In this document: positions 7,977 to 17,428 of the stretch, in pieces
Numbering within the stretch: the stretch's first letter is position 1
Layout of the letters: every line of letters starts with the position of its first letter
DNA from: a virus
Lineage: Duplodnaviria > Caudoviricetes
Reading direction: 5' to 3' (one strand)
DNA: 39,839 nucleotides
Virus record (IMG/VR): IMGVR_UViG_3300010376_000072
Location: 1 to 39,839 of that record
Made by a program: the position numbers and the translations under genes
Notes under the pieces: model-generated
What the model was told of the DNA's origin: nothing
The model's input: the letters and a program-made list of their open reading frames with translations, nothing else
Databases searched by the model: none

Positions 7977-10171
7977 CGCTCCGCGCAGTTGCCCGACAGG
8001 CCGGCGGCGGCGGTGGCAGTGGCACCGGACCCGCTGGACCCCCCGGACCTCCTGGGCCGCAAGGTGTTCCAGGCCCGACCGGTCCGACCGGGGGTGTGGG
8101 ACCGGCAGGACCGACCGGCCCAGCTTCCACCGTTCCAGGACCAGCAGGGCCAACCGGATCACCTGGGCCCGCCATCAGTATCGGTGGATCGGCGCCAGCA
8201 AGCCCGGTGACCGGGCAGTCCTGGCTGAACGACACAACCGGGGTGATCTCGGTCTGGAACGGTAGCGCCTGGATTGCCTCCGGCGGCGCATCGCTCGGAA
8301 CCACCGCACCAACCAGCCCGCGAACCGGCGCGCTCTGGTTCAACAGCTCTGCGAACGTGCTGAACGTCTGGAACGGCAGTGCTTGGGTGGCGGCCGGTGG
8401 TGCGACCGGCGGCGGGACGGGAACCGTCACCTCCGTTGCCGCCGGCACCGGGCTGACGACAGGCGCTCTGCCGATCACCACCTCAGGCACGATCTCGCTG
8501 ATCAACACGACGGTGACAGCCGGGTCTTACACCAACACCAACCTGACGGTGGACGCGCAGGGCCGGATTACGGCCGCTGCCAACGGCACGGCGGGCGGGG
8601 GTGGTGCGGTTTCGATCACGGCCGGCAATAACGGCGTCATTGTTTCGCCCAGCCCACTGACCGGCACCGGAAACATCTCGCTCGCGGTCCCCGTTTCGAT
8701 CGCCAACGGCGGCACCGGAGCGATCACGGCGGTGCAGGCGCTGACCAACCTCGGCGCGGCCGCCGCCACCGCGATCCCGGGCGCGGGCACCGCAACCCCG
8801 CTGATGGACATCACGCCGGGCGTGGTGGGCACCAGTGCGCTCTATGCGCGCGAGGACCATCGCCACCCGGTAGATACCAGCCGCGCACCGATCAATAACC
8901 CGACGTTCACCGGTATCGTGACACTGCCTGGGCCGGGCGGTACGGCCAACGCCGCAGTGACCTATGACCAGCTCAACACCGCGATTGCCGGAGTGTCAGC
9001 GGTCGGGCCGGCGACCGCTCTGCCGCTGGTAAATGCCAATCCCGCCCTGGTCGGCACGTCGCTGCTTTACGCCCGCCAAGACCATGTCCATCCGATCGAT
9101 GCCTCACGCGCGCCGGTCAGCAATCCGACGTTTATCGGCACGGTGACCGCACCGACCCTGAGCGTCACCGGCAATGCGACCGTGACCGGCAATCTGGCCA
9201 GCCGGCTGCGGTTTTCGCTGAACGCGCAACCAAGTGCTGCGCCATCAGGGTTTTCGCATATCGGGGCCGGTCAGGCGGCCTATTTCACGGTCAATTCGGC
9301 AGACGCGACTGCGCCCAGCTTCACCGGGGTGCGGCTCTATGTCTCGCCCACGGCCGCAGCTGGCGCCAACTTCGCCACGCCAACCGGCGACTTTGACTTC
9401 GATCCGGCCGGCAATTTCACGGCCAGCGCCAATGTCTCGGCTGCTGCGGGGCTGTTCGCAGCCTACGGCACGACCACTGCCACAAATCGGTTCTATCTGG
9501 CCCGCGATAGCACCGATAACCGCAAGCTGGTGTGGAACGGTAACCCGGCCGGCGGCGCCGAGTGGTCACTGATCTGGGGCTCAGATGGCACTGTGCGGTT
9601 TCGCGCGGGCGCCAACGGCGACGTCCTCACGGTGAATCAGGCCGGCACGCTCAACTGCAACTACGTAAACTCTTATGACGGCATGCAGGTGGGCGGCAGC
9701 GGCACCAGCCTCGGGGCTTATGTACTGACCTGGATCAGCGGCTGGGGCTTCGTCTTCAACCAAACCAATGGCGATATCGTCTATCGGACGGCCTTGGGCG
9801 GCGATGGCTGGATGTGGCGCGCCTCAGATAGGTTGTTTTTTTCCATGATGGGCCCGGTCGCCGGCTGGGGGCCGTATATCGATGCCTCGTCCTGGCGCCG
9901 GGAGAAAAGCGAAATCGGCACCATCGAAGACCCGGTAGGGCGTGTGATGAAGCTGCATCCCTACGCCTACAAGCACGACAGCCACGGCGGGGTCGCTCGT
10001 ATGGGCTTTCTCATAGACGACCTGATCGAGGACTGCCCCGAGGCGATTTCCGATGATCCGAACGGCAATCCGCAGGGCTATTCATCGCAGGCGCTCATGG
10101 CGCCCTTAGTGGCGGCGGTGCAACAACTGACGCGCCGCATCGAGGCGCTGGAGGGGGGAAGGCATGGCTGA
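7973..10171 (+). CDS. Fibre protein with N-terminal collagen tract and C-terminal peptidase S74-like intramolecular chaperone
   Basis: MTLRAV start and Gly-X-Y tract. Duplicated AP-x-SP-x-TG-x-W...WNGSAW and ARxDHxHP-x-D-x-SRAP repeats. C-terminal SSWRREK...GFLIDDL...PEA...[15 protein letters not shown]. Confidence 0.85.
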   Translation: MTLRAVARQAGGGGGSGTGPAGPPGPPGPQGVPGPTGPTGGVGPAGPTGPASTVPGPAGPTGSPGPAISIGGSAPASPVTGQSWLNDTTGVISVWNGSAWIASGGASLGTTAPTSPRTGALWFNSSANVLNVWNGSAWVAAGGATGGGTGTVTSVAAGTGLTTGALPITTSGTISLINTTVTAGSYTNTNLTVDAQGRITAAANGTAGGGGAVSITAGNNGVIVSPSPLTGTGNISLAVPVSIANGGTGAITAVQALTNLGAAAATAIPGAGTATPLMDITPGVVGTSALYAREDHRHPVDTSRAPINNPTFTGIVTLPGPGGTANAAVTYDQLNTAIAGVSAVGPATALPLVNANPALVGTSLLYARQDHVHPIDASRAPVSNPTFIGTVTAPTLSVTGNATVTGNLASRLRFSLNAQPSAAPSGFSHIGAGQAAYFTVNSADATAPSFTGVRLYVSPTAAAGANFATPTGDFDFDPAGNFTASANVSAAAGLFAAYGTTTATNRFYLARDSTDNRKLVWNGNPAGGAEWSLIWGSDGTVRFRAGANGDVLTVNQAGTLNCNYVNSYDGMQVGGSGTSLGAYVLTWISGWGFVFNQTNGDIVYRTALGGDGWMWRASDRLFFSMMGPVAGWGPYIDASSWRREKSEIGTIEDPVGRVMKLHPYAYKHDSHGGVARMGFLIDDLIEDCPEAISDDPNGNPQGYSSQALMAPLVAAVQQLTRRIEALEGGRHG

Positions 10172-10355
10172 CGACGTAACGGAATTTGAGACCTTGACCT
10201 TGCGCCTGATCAGTCAGGCTGCGGTCTATTCGGCTGCCTCACACTCCGATCCCGAGACCGAGGCGGCGATCAGGAAGGTGCGCACGCTCTCCGAAGGGTT
10301 GTTGGCGTCATTGCGCGCGATCCCGTTGCGGGCGGCACCGGTAGGTGCGCCATGA
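10164..10355 (+). CDS. Hypothetical protein
   Basis: 63 aa, coupled to neighbours, RBS-like GGAGG upstream. Confidence 0.55.
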   Translation: MADDVTEFETLTLRLISQAAVYSAASHSDPETEAAIRKVRTLSEGLLASLRAIPLRAAPVGAP

Positions 10356-10630
10356 GCGGCACCCAGCAACAACTCCAGATCGATCCGCAAGCGAGCTATA
10401 CGCTCACGCTCTCCGGCAGCCACTGGCAGGGCATCATCGGCATTATCCGAACCGCGAGCGGTCCGGGGATTACGCTCGACTTTTCCTTGCCGCTGCTTCT
10501 GGCGCTGCAAAACGGGCTGCAACAAGCGGTCACAAGCGGACAGAAGCGGTCACAACCGGACAGCGTAATTCCTATGGTGGGAGGAAGGGATGGCGATTAC
10601 CGCACGCCAGCGCCGGGCGCTGCCGAGTAA
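10352..10630 (+). CDS. Hypothetical protein
   Basis: 92 aa with ATGA overlap. Confidence 0.55.
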   Translation: MSGTQQQLQIDPQASYTLTLSGSHWQGIIGIIRTASGPGITLDFSLPLLLALQNGLQQAVTSGQKRSQPDSVIPMVGGRDGDYRTPAPGAAE

Positions 10631-10823
10631 GGATTTCGCCCTGCCGGGGAAAGGCGAAGGCAAAGGCGGCAAAGGACCTGGCAGCTACCCGATCGATACC
10701 AAGGCGAGAGCCAGAAATGCGCTCGCCAGAGGCGCACAGCACGCCAGCCCCGCGGAGCTCAAGACAATAAAGAGTAAGGTACGGCGTAAATACCCGGGCA
10801 TCGATGTCGGCGGTAAGCGCTGA
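10590..10823 (+). CDS. Small basic protein (DUF6582-like)
   Basis: RRALPSKDFALP...SYPIDTKARARNALAR...VRRKYP, with strong RBS GGAGG. Confidence 0.7.
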   Translation: MAITARQRRALPSKDFALPGKGEGKGGKGPGSYPIDTKARARNALARGAQHASPAELKTIKSKVRRKYPGIDVGGKR

Positions 10824-10981
10824 TGGCGGTCGATGATCCCAAGCCACGGGTCGATGCGGCCGATCAGCTCGCCTGGCGCGAGGAAACTACCGAGCGACTG
10901 ATCCGCATCGAGGAAGGGTTGTTCGAGCTCGTCAATCTGATGTCGCATCTGGCGCCCCCGCCAGAGAGAGGAGAAGCGTGA
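10823..10981 (+). CDS. Small acidic hypothetical protein (52 aa, not in ORF track)
   Basis: MAVDDPKPRVDAADQLAWREETTERLIRIEEGLFELVNL..., TGATG overlap. Confidence 0.55.
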   Translation: MAVDDPKPRVDAADQLAWREETTERLIRIEEGLFELVNLMSHLAPPPERGEA

Positions 10982-10982
10982 C

Positions 10983-11141
10983 ATGGCAAAGCGTGGAGGC
11001 AGACCACCGAAGCCACCAGGCCGCCCGGGACCACCGTCCGCGACTACCGGGCCCGGCGCCCGATCCCCGTCCGCACCGTCGAAGGCGTCTAAGGAAACGG
11101 GGCGCGGCGGCAGAATGGCGAACCTGCGCCGGGGCAAATAA
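10983..11141 (+). CDS. Small basic Pro/Gly-rich protein (52 aa, not in ORF track)
   Basis: MAKRGGRPPKPPGRPGPP...MANLRRGK, with RBS GAGGAG and a TAATG overlap with the next gene. Confidence 0.55.
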   Translation: MAKRGGRPPKPPGRPGPPSATTGPGARSPSAPSKASKETGRGGRMANLRRGK

Positions 11142-11329
11142 TGGCCACCAAGCCGTGGCGCTCGAAAAAAGGCGAGGCAAAAATCGAGCGCACCATGCAC
11201 GAGTGGGGCAAGGGCGAGCTCCATAGCGGATCCAAACGCGGGCCGAAGGTGACCAGCCAACGCCAGGCGGTCGCAATCGCACTCAGCCAGGCGCGCAAGG
11301 CGCAGAAAGGGGGCAAGCGTGGCGCATAA
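11141..11329 (+). CDS. Small basic protein (DUF6496-like)
   Basis: KIERTMHEWGKGELHSGS...VTSQRQAVAIALSQAR motif. Confidence 0.7.
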   Translation: MATKPWRSKKGEAKIERTMHEWGKGELHSGSKRGPKVTSQRQAVAIALSQARKAQKGGKRGA

Positions 11330-11528
11330 AACCACCGGCGGCCACAACCGCGGACAGCCCGCGATCAGTAGCCGTTCGACGGCACAGACCTCGGGCAAAT
11401 ACACCCCGAGCTCCTATTACAGCGGAGCCAAGACCGAGTCTTATCGCACGCCGCCGATGAAAACGGTCCGCTGGCACGGCTCAGGCAAAACCGCGCGGGT
11501 GCCGAAATCTCCGCCACGGGGGCGCTAA
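11319..11528 (+). CDS. Small basic hypothetical protein
   Basis: 69 aa, K/R/S/T-rich, overlapping the upstream gene. Confidence 0.55.
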   Translation: MAHKTTGGHNRGQPAISSRSTAQTSGKYTPSSYYSGAKTESYRTPPMKTVRWHGSGKTARVPKSPPRGR

Positions 11529-11729
11529 ATGGCCAAACCAACCGCACCGGATCAGTCGGGACGCTGGATCTACACCACCAACTGCCAGCGCCTGGTGGGC
11601 GCCGATAAGGTCAACGCAGGCCGCGTGCGCATTGCCGCACTTTCGCCGTCAGTGCCGCGCGATCGCCGCGCCGAGACCCTGCACGCGAGGGCAGTCTCGC
11701 TGTCCAAGCCGGCCAAGCGCGAGGTCTGA
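11529..11729 (+). CDS. Small basic hypothetical protein
   Basis: 66 aa, abutting the upstream stop. Confidence 0.55.
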   Translation: MAKPTAPDQSGRWIYTTNCQRLVGADKVNAGRVRIAALSPSVPRDRRAETLHARAVSLSKPAKREV

Positions 11730-11754
11730 TGGTACATATATATAAGGTGTCGGT

Positions 11755-14277
11755 GTGAGCGGCCGCATCACCACCTATCCGGCCGCCGATAGCCCGCGCG
11801 ACTTCGGCACCGACGCGGAAGGCAAGGCGCGCCGGTGGGCGACCGAAATCGAAAAAGCCCACAAGGAAAGCCACGAGTGGCTCAATACGTGCCGCCGGAT
11901 CTTGGAGCGCTACAAAGACGAAGGCCCCGGCCGAAAGGGTATCGGGCAGGACTACACGTTCGGGATGAGGTTCAATATTTTCTGGAGCAACGTGCAGACG
12001 CTCGCCCCGAGCCTCTATGCGTCCACGCCCCAGGTCGTTGTTGAAAGACGCTGGGGCGATCCAGACGATATCGGCCGCGTCGCAACCGTCATCCTCCAAC
12101 GCTGCGCACAATATCAATTAGAAGCCAGCGACTTCGACTGCCTCATGCGCAACTGCGTGCTGGACCATTTGCTCGCCGGCCGCGGAACCGCTTGGGTCAG
12201 ATACGAGCCCCATTTCGATCGGCTGCCGGCCACCGTCGCCGCGGCGCCCTCGGCAATGCCGATGGATATCGGCATCGCAGCGCCCTCGGGCGCAGGGCTT
12301 GGACCATCTCCCTTCGGCCTTGGCAGTGGTGGCATTGGAGCATCCGCACCGCCGCCGCCCGGGCCGATCGGCGCCCCTGTACCCCCTCCCGGGCCTGCAG
12401 GGGCGCCCCCACCGATTGGAGGCGCGGGCCCAACCCCGCCGCCTCCGATGGGGACGGCGGTCCCGCTGGGCGCGGGTCCGTCTGTAGGGGCAGCCCCGGG
12501 AACACCGATGGCACCCGGAGCTCCCCCACCCCCGCCAATGCCGCCGCCAGGCCTTCCCACCGGTGGGCCGCCCGATCTCGGCGGCTTTGCGCCGCCGCTG
12601 ATGGCGGCCATTCCGCCCATCCCGCCTGGCGGGATCCCGATCGGTCATATCGGCCACGACGAACAAATCAGCCCGTCCGGGCGCCCGACAGACGGCGGCG
12701 TCCAAGTCGCGGACGACGGCGAAGACGCGGGCGAGTTCCTCGCTTTTGAGGAAGTGCGCCTGGACCACGTGCACTGGGAGGATTGGTTCTGCAGCCCGGC
12801 TCGGACCTGGGCCGAAGTACGCTGGGTCGCCCGCCGCGTCTATATGACCAAGGACGAGGTGGCAAAGCGATTCGGCCGGCGCCTGGCCAACGAGGTGCCG
12901 CTCGATTGGCTGCCGAAAGAGATCGGCGAGACCGAAGCAATGCAGCCGGAGAACAGGATCTTCCGGCGATGCCAAGTCTACGAGATCTGGGACAAGCCAA
13001 CGCGCAAGGTCTACTGGCTGGCGAACGGGTATTTCGATCGGCTGTTGGATGAGCGCGAGGATCCGCTTCGGCTGACCGACTTCTTCCCCACACCGCGGCC
13101 GCTGTTTGCGACGTTGACGACGGACACGTTAATCCCAGTGCCCGATTTTCAAATGTATCGAGATCAAGCCATACAAATCGATACACTGACGGCGCGAATT
13201 GAGGGCGTCGGCAAGGCGATCAAGGTCGCCGGCGTCTACGACGCAGCACAGTCCGATATTCAAAGGATGTTCGCCGAGGGCGTCGAGAACCAACTCATTC
13301 CGGTAAATCAATGGCAATCTTTCGCGGAAGGCGGCGGCCTCAAAGGATGCATGGACCTCCTGGACATCGGCATGCTCGCCGAGGTCCTCCAAAAGCTCGT
13401 CGAGATTAGAGCGCAAGCAAAGCAGGACCTTTATGAGGTTACCGGGATTAGTGATATCATTCGCGGAACGACCGCCGCGTCGGAAACGGCCACCGCGCAG
13501 CAAATTAAGGCCGGATTCGGAACGATGCGACTGCGCAGCCGGCAGAACGAGGTGGCGCGGTTCGCGCGCGATCTGATCCGCCTCACCTCAGAGGTTGTCG
13601 TTGAGCACTTCTCCCCGCGCGTGATGATGCTGATCTCGGATATCGCCAATTTCGCCGAAGGCGCAGACGCCGAGCTCGCACCGCAAGCAATCGCACTGTT
13701 AAAGGATGACAAGCTTCGGCCGCTCAGGATTGATATTCAAACGGACAGCACGATCCTCGCCAATCATCAGCAAGAACAGCAAGCGCGGATCCAGTTTTTA
13801 ACTATGGCCGGGCAATTCCTGCAGCAGGCGATGCCCGCGGTGCAGCAAGCGCCGCAGCTGGGGCCCCTGCTCGGGCAGATGCTGCTCTTCGGCATCCGCA
13901 GCTTCCCGCAAGGCGCCGAGCTGGAGGGCGCGTTCGAAAACGCGGTGAAGATGATGGAGACGGCGGCGAAGAATTTGGCGGCCACCCCGCAGCCCGCGGC
14001 ACCGGATCCGAAGATGATGGTCGCCCAGGCGCAGGTGCAAAACATCCAGAGCCAGATCGCGAATCGCTCGATCGACAACATGCGCGAGGGGCAAGAAACC
14101 GCCGGCAAAATGCAACTAGAGGCGGCTAAGCTCGCCATCGCCAAGCAGCGCGCCGAGGACGAAAACGCCGCCCGCTCCGTGCAGATCTTCCACGACCGCC
14201 AGGCCGATCACCGCGATTATTTGCTGGAGGCCGAAAAGGTGCGTCAGGCGGCGGCACGGCCGGCAGGCCGGGCATGA
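11755..14277 (+). CDS. Portal protein (podovirus/P22-like) with a long Pro-rich insertion
   Basis: FNIFWSNVQTLAPSLY, GRGTAWVRY, SPARTWAEVRWVARRVY, VYEIWDK, FFPTPRP, TGISDIIRG...ETATAQQIK. Precedes the scaffold and capsid genes. Confidence 0.85.
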   Translation: MSGRITTYPAADSPRDFGTDAEGKARRWATEIEKAHKESHEWLNTCRRILERYKDEGPGRKGIGQDYTFGMRFNIFWSNVQTLAPSLYASTPQVVVERRWGDPDDIGRVATVILQRCAQYQLEASDFDCLMRNCVLDHLLAGRGTAWVRYEPHFDRLPATVAAAPSAMPMDIGIAAPSGAGLGPSPFGLGSGGIGASAPPPPGPIGAPVPPPGPAGAPPPIGGAGPTPPPPMGTAVPLGAGPSVGAAPGTPMAPGAPPPPPMPPPGLPTGGPPDLGGFAPPLMAAIPPIPPGGIPIGHIGHDEQISPSGRPTDGGVQVADDGEDAGEFLAFEEVRLDHVHWEDWFCSPARTWAEVRWVARRVYMTKDEVAKRFGRRLANEVPLDWLPKEIGETEAMQPENRIFRRCQVYEIWDKPTRKVYWLANGYFDRLLDEREDPLRLTDFFPTPRPLFATLTTDTLIPVPDFQMYRDQAIQIDTLTARIEGVGKAIKVAGVYDAAQSDIQRMFAEGVENQLIPVNQWQSFAEGGGLKGCMDLLDIGMLAEVLQKLVEIRAQAKQDLYEVTGISDIIRGTTAASETATAQQIKAGFGTMRLRSRQNEVARFARDLIRLTSEVVVEHFSPRVMMLISDIANFAEGADAELAPQAIALLKDDKLRPLRIDIQTDSTILANHQQEQQARIQFLTMAGQFLQQAMPAVQQAPQLGPLLGQMLLFGIRSFPQGAELEGAFENAVKMMETAAKNLAATPQPAAPDPKMMVAQAQVQNIQSQIANRSIDNMREGQETAGKMQLEAAKLAIAKQRAEDENAARSVQIFHDRQADHRDYLLEAEKVRQAAARPAGRA

Positions 14278-14519
14278 CCGAGAAAATCGACGATCCAGGC
14301 TGTCCGCTTGTGATCAATCCGTGGGACGACTGCCCAGACAAGCTGATCTGGATACTCTATGGCTGGCTTGCCTGGGATACAGACGAGCATTTAGCGATTT
14401 ATCTCGACGATATGCGTGAACTACACCGGATGTTGGTTTACGCCATTGAATCTGCCGAGGCAGCCGAGAAGAGAAGGAGGGAAGAGGCAGAGGCTGCCAA
14501 GCCCAAGGCGGTCGCATGA
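14274..14519 (+). CDS. Hypothetical protein
   Basis: 81 aa with ATGA overlaps. Confidence 0.55.
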   Translation: MTEKIDDPGCPLVINPWDDCPDKLIWILYGWLAWDTDEHLAIYLDDMRELHRMLVYAIESAEAAEKRRREEAEAAKPKAVA

Positions 14520-14854
14520 GATACGTCTGGCATCATTCCGCTTGGCATCCGGTGGGGGGAAAACCCCCTAGTTGTCCCCCCAGCGTTTTCCCGGCGATCC
14601 ATTCCGACCACATGGACCCCCTCCAGCACCCGGTAACGGGGGAAATGCTCGACTCAAAGAGCGCTTTTCGAGCTCGAACCAGGGCTGCAGGGTGCGTTGA
14701 GCTCGGAAATGACGCCCCAAGGACCAATCCAAGGCCAAATATTGACCGAAAAGCCCTGCGGGAGGACATAAACACCGCAATTTCGGAGCTAGAACGGGGC
14801 AGGACCGCTCCGGCGTCACAATCGTGGGGAGGCATGACGCGTAAATATGGCTGA
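14516..14854 (+). CDS. Conserved-looking phage head-module hypothetical protein
   Basis: DPLQHPVTGEMLDSKSAFR...GCVELGND, between portal and scaffold. Confidence 0.65.
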   Translation: MRYVWHHSAWHPVGGKPPSCPPSVFPAIHSDHMDPLQHPVTGEMLDSKSAFRARTRAAGCVELGNDAPRTNPRPNIDRKALREDINTAISELERGRTAPASQSWGGMTRKYG

Positions 14855-16043
14855 CGCCCCTGTCAGTGTGCGCGAGACGCTCGAAGCGGCCTTCTCGGCG
14901 GTCGAAAAGACCGCTCCGCCGCCGCCGCCAAGGCCCATTCCACGGGAAATGTCGTCACAGCGACAAAATCCCGACATTTCCCGACAAAATAACGACATTC
15001 CAGAGAATCGGGGCGAATCGGGAGTGAATCGGGATCAAACCGAGCCCGACTCGGCGCCAGTAGAGTCCACGCCATCACCAGAGTCCCCAGAACGCCGGGT
15101 GGACCTCCCGCGCGATCAATTCGGGAGGTTCATGGCAGCCTCCCAAGAAGGCCCCGTGGAGCGCCAAGAGCCGGCTCCGGAGCCTGCCACACCAGTATCT
15201 TCCGACCAGCCCGAGCAACAAGCAGCAGAACCGGCCCAAGGACCGGCCCTCTTGCCGCCGAACGCATGGTCGGCTGCCGCGAAAGAAGAATGGCATCGCC
15301 TCCCCCACGATATCCAACTCGAGGTGGACAAGAGGGAGCGCGACTTCCATCGTAACTTTCAGCAGCGGGCAGAGCAGGTCCAAACATTGGAGCCCCTTGC
15401 CCAGGCGCTCGCCCCCTACTCGCAGAAGTTCGCGTTACGCGGGATCCACCCGGCCCAAGCCCTCCACCAGCTTTTGGCTGTGCAGGATCTCTTGGAGCGC
15501 GACCCGATCGAGGGCATCGCCTACGTCGCGCGGACCTATGGCGTGGACCTGCGCACATACGCCACTGCGTTCAATCAGTCACAGCAACCCCAGGATCCCG
15601 CGCTGCGCGAGCTCCAAGAGCGGCTCGGCCGACACGAGCACGCCATGGATCAATGGAAGAAATCCGCCGAGCAACAGGAACTGGCACGCATCCAAACCGA
15701 GGTGGAGGCCTTCCGAGCGGACCAGAGGGCACATCCCTATTTCGAAGAGCTAGCTCCGACCATGTCGCAGCTAATGTTCTCGAATATGGCGATGAATCTC
15801 GAGGACGCCTACCGCCAGGCCTCGCGGCTCAACGAACGTGTCTGGCAGTCAATGCAGGACAGCCAGCGACGCACCGAGGCTGCAAGCCGCGCCAGAACAG
15901 AGCGAGAGGCGGCCGATCGCGCCAGGCGCGCGGCTGTCTCTGTCTCCGGCTCTCCCTACGGGGGCGGCCCGCCGGCTAAAGCGAAGAACGGTACCGTGCG
16001 GGATGCTGTGGTGAGTGCAATCGAACAGGTGGCGACCAGATGA
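14847..16043 (+). CDS. Capsid scaffolding protein
   Basis: Acidic disordered N-terminus (RDQFGRF), PP-x-AW...W motif, coiled coil and HPYFEEL...LEDAY, directly upstream of the capsid gene. Confidence 0.75.
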   Translation: MADAPVSVRETLEAAFSAVEKTAPPPPPRPIPREMSSQRQNPDISRQNNDIPENRGESGVNRDQTEPDSAPVESTPSPESPERRVDLPRDQFGRFMAASQEGPVERQEPAPEPATPVSSDQPEQQAAEPAQGPALLPPNAWSAAAKEEWHRLPHDIQLEVDKRERDFHRNFQQRAEQVQTLEPLAQALAPYSQKFALRGIHPAQALHQLLAVQDLLERDPIEGIAYVARTYGVDLRTYATAFNQSQQPQDPALRELQERLGRHEHAMDQWKKSAEQQELARIQTEVEAFRADQRAHPYFEELAPTMSQLMFSNMAMNLEDAYRQASRLNERVWQSMQDSQRRTEAASRARTEREAADRARRAAVSVSGSPYGGGPPAKAKNGTVRDAVVSAIEQVATR

Positions 16044-16067
16044 TAACTCGCATCATGGAGCCCCGCT

Positions 16068-17078
16068 GTGGTATCCCCGAACTGGTCGGAAATCGCGACC
16101 ACAACTCTGGCGAATCGCTCTCGGCAACTCGCCGATAACGTCACGAGAAATAATGCGTTGCTGAACGCTCTCCGCGAAGGAGGGCGGATCAAGACGTGGG
16201 CCGGAGGACGCTCGATCGTCCAAGAGATTGCCTACGGCATGAACCAAACATACCGGCGCTATAGCGGGTATGAACTCTTGAATATACAGCCCTCCGACGT
16301 GTTCACGGCGGCCGAGTTCGCGATCCGCCAAGCCGCAGTGGCGGTCAGTATCTCGGGCCTGGAGATGCTCCAGAACGCAGGTCGAGAGCGGATGATCGAT
16401 CTGCTAGAGTCACGAATCGAGAACGCAGAGAACACGTTCGCGAATGGGATCAGCTACGATATCTATTCGGACGGCACGCAGGCCGGACAGATCGGCGGCC
16501 TCCAAGCGTTGATCAGCGTCTCGCCCACCACCGGCATCGTCGGCGGGATCGACGCGTCACAGTGGACGTTCTGGCGCAACATCGCCTACTCGGCCACTAC
16601 GGACGGCGGCGCCGCGGCGACATCGGCGAATATCCAGAGCTACATGAACCGGGTCGCGCTGCAGCTGGTCCGCGGCCGTGATGCAACTGACTTGATCGTC
16701 GCCGACACTAACTATTATCGGCTCTATCTCGAAAGCCTCCAGGCGATCCAGCGCATCATCGACCAACCGCCGGAACGCGGCGCGGCGGGCTTCTCGCGCC
16801 TTAAATACTACGGCGCAGGACGCGCGTGCGACGTGGTGCTCGACGGCGGGTTCCAAGGGTTTACCGGCGATATCATTCCACCGAACGGTGCGCCGACGAA
16901 TACCATGTACTTTCTAAATTCGGATTACATATTCTATCGCCCGCACAGCGACAGAGACATGGTCCCACTCGAGCCGGATCGTTTCAGCGTCAACCAGGAT
17001 GCGATGGTGAAACTAATCGGCTGGGCAGGAAATCTCACAATCAGCAACCGCCGCCTGCAAGGCGTACTCACGGCGTAA
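16068..17078 (+). CDS. Major capsid protein
   Basis: 336 aa: TTTLANRSRQLADNVTRNNALL, YSGYELL, GGIDASQWTFWRN, YFLNSDY, WAGNLTISNRRLQGVL. Confidence 0.85.
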   Translation: MVSPNWSEIATTTLANRSRQLADNVTRNNALLNALREGGRIKTWAGGRSIVQEIAYGMNQTYRRYSGYELLNIQPSDVFTAAEFAIRQAAVAVSISGLEMLQNAGRERMIDLLESRIENAENTFANGISYDIYSDGTQAGQIGGLQALISVSPTTGIVGGIDASQWTFWRNIAYSATTDGGAAATSANIQSYMNRVALQLVRGRDATDLIVADTNYYRLYLESLQAIQRIIDQPPERGAAGFSRLKYYGAGRACDVVLDGGFQGFTGDIIPPNGAPTNTMYFLNSDYIFYRPHSDRDMVPLEPDRFSVNQDAMVKLIGWAGNLTISNRRLQGVLTA

Positions 17079-17091
17079 GAAAGGACACGAC

Positions 17092-17427
17092 ATGAGCGGA
17101 TCAGTAACCCCGTACAGCATTACGCCGTCACTCGGCGTCGGGCTGAACATGTGGTGGAGCACCACAGGCGCCGGCTCGGTGGGCACCACCGGGCCTAATT
17201 TTCCCACCGACGCAATGCAGTTGGGCATGTCGCCGGGGATGGTCATGCGCGCGAATAATGCGTCCCGCTATATCTTAGTGCGGAGCGCGGCAGCGCTCGC
17301 TGCCAATGCCAGCGTGACCACAGGGCCGCCGAATTTCGTGGTGGGAACGGGGACGGGCATCTCGGGCACCGCACCGAATATCGCGATACCGGCCAACGCA
17401 CTCTTCTGGGCAAACATAGGCGTTTGA
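17092..17427 (+). CDS. Probable capsid decoration or cement protein
   Basis: 111 aa, G/T/A-rich, directly after the capsid gene. RBS AAGGA. Confidence 0.55.
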   Translation: MSGSVTPYSITPSLGVGLNMWWSTTGAGSVGTTGPNFPTDAMQLGMSPGMVMRANNASRYILVRSAAALAANASVTTGPPNFVVGTGTGISGTAPNIAIPANALFWANIGV

Positions 17428-17428
17428 T

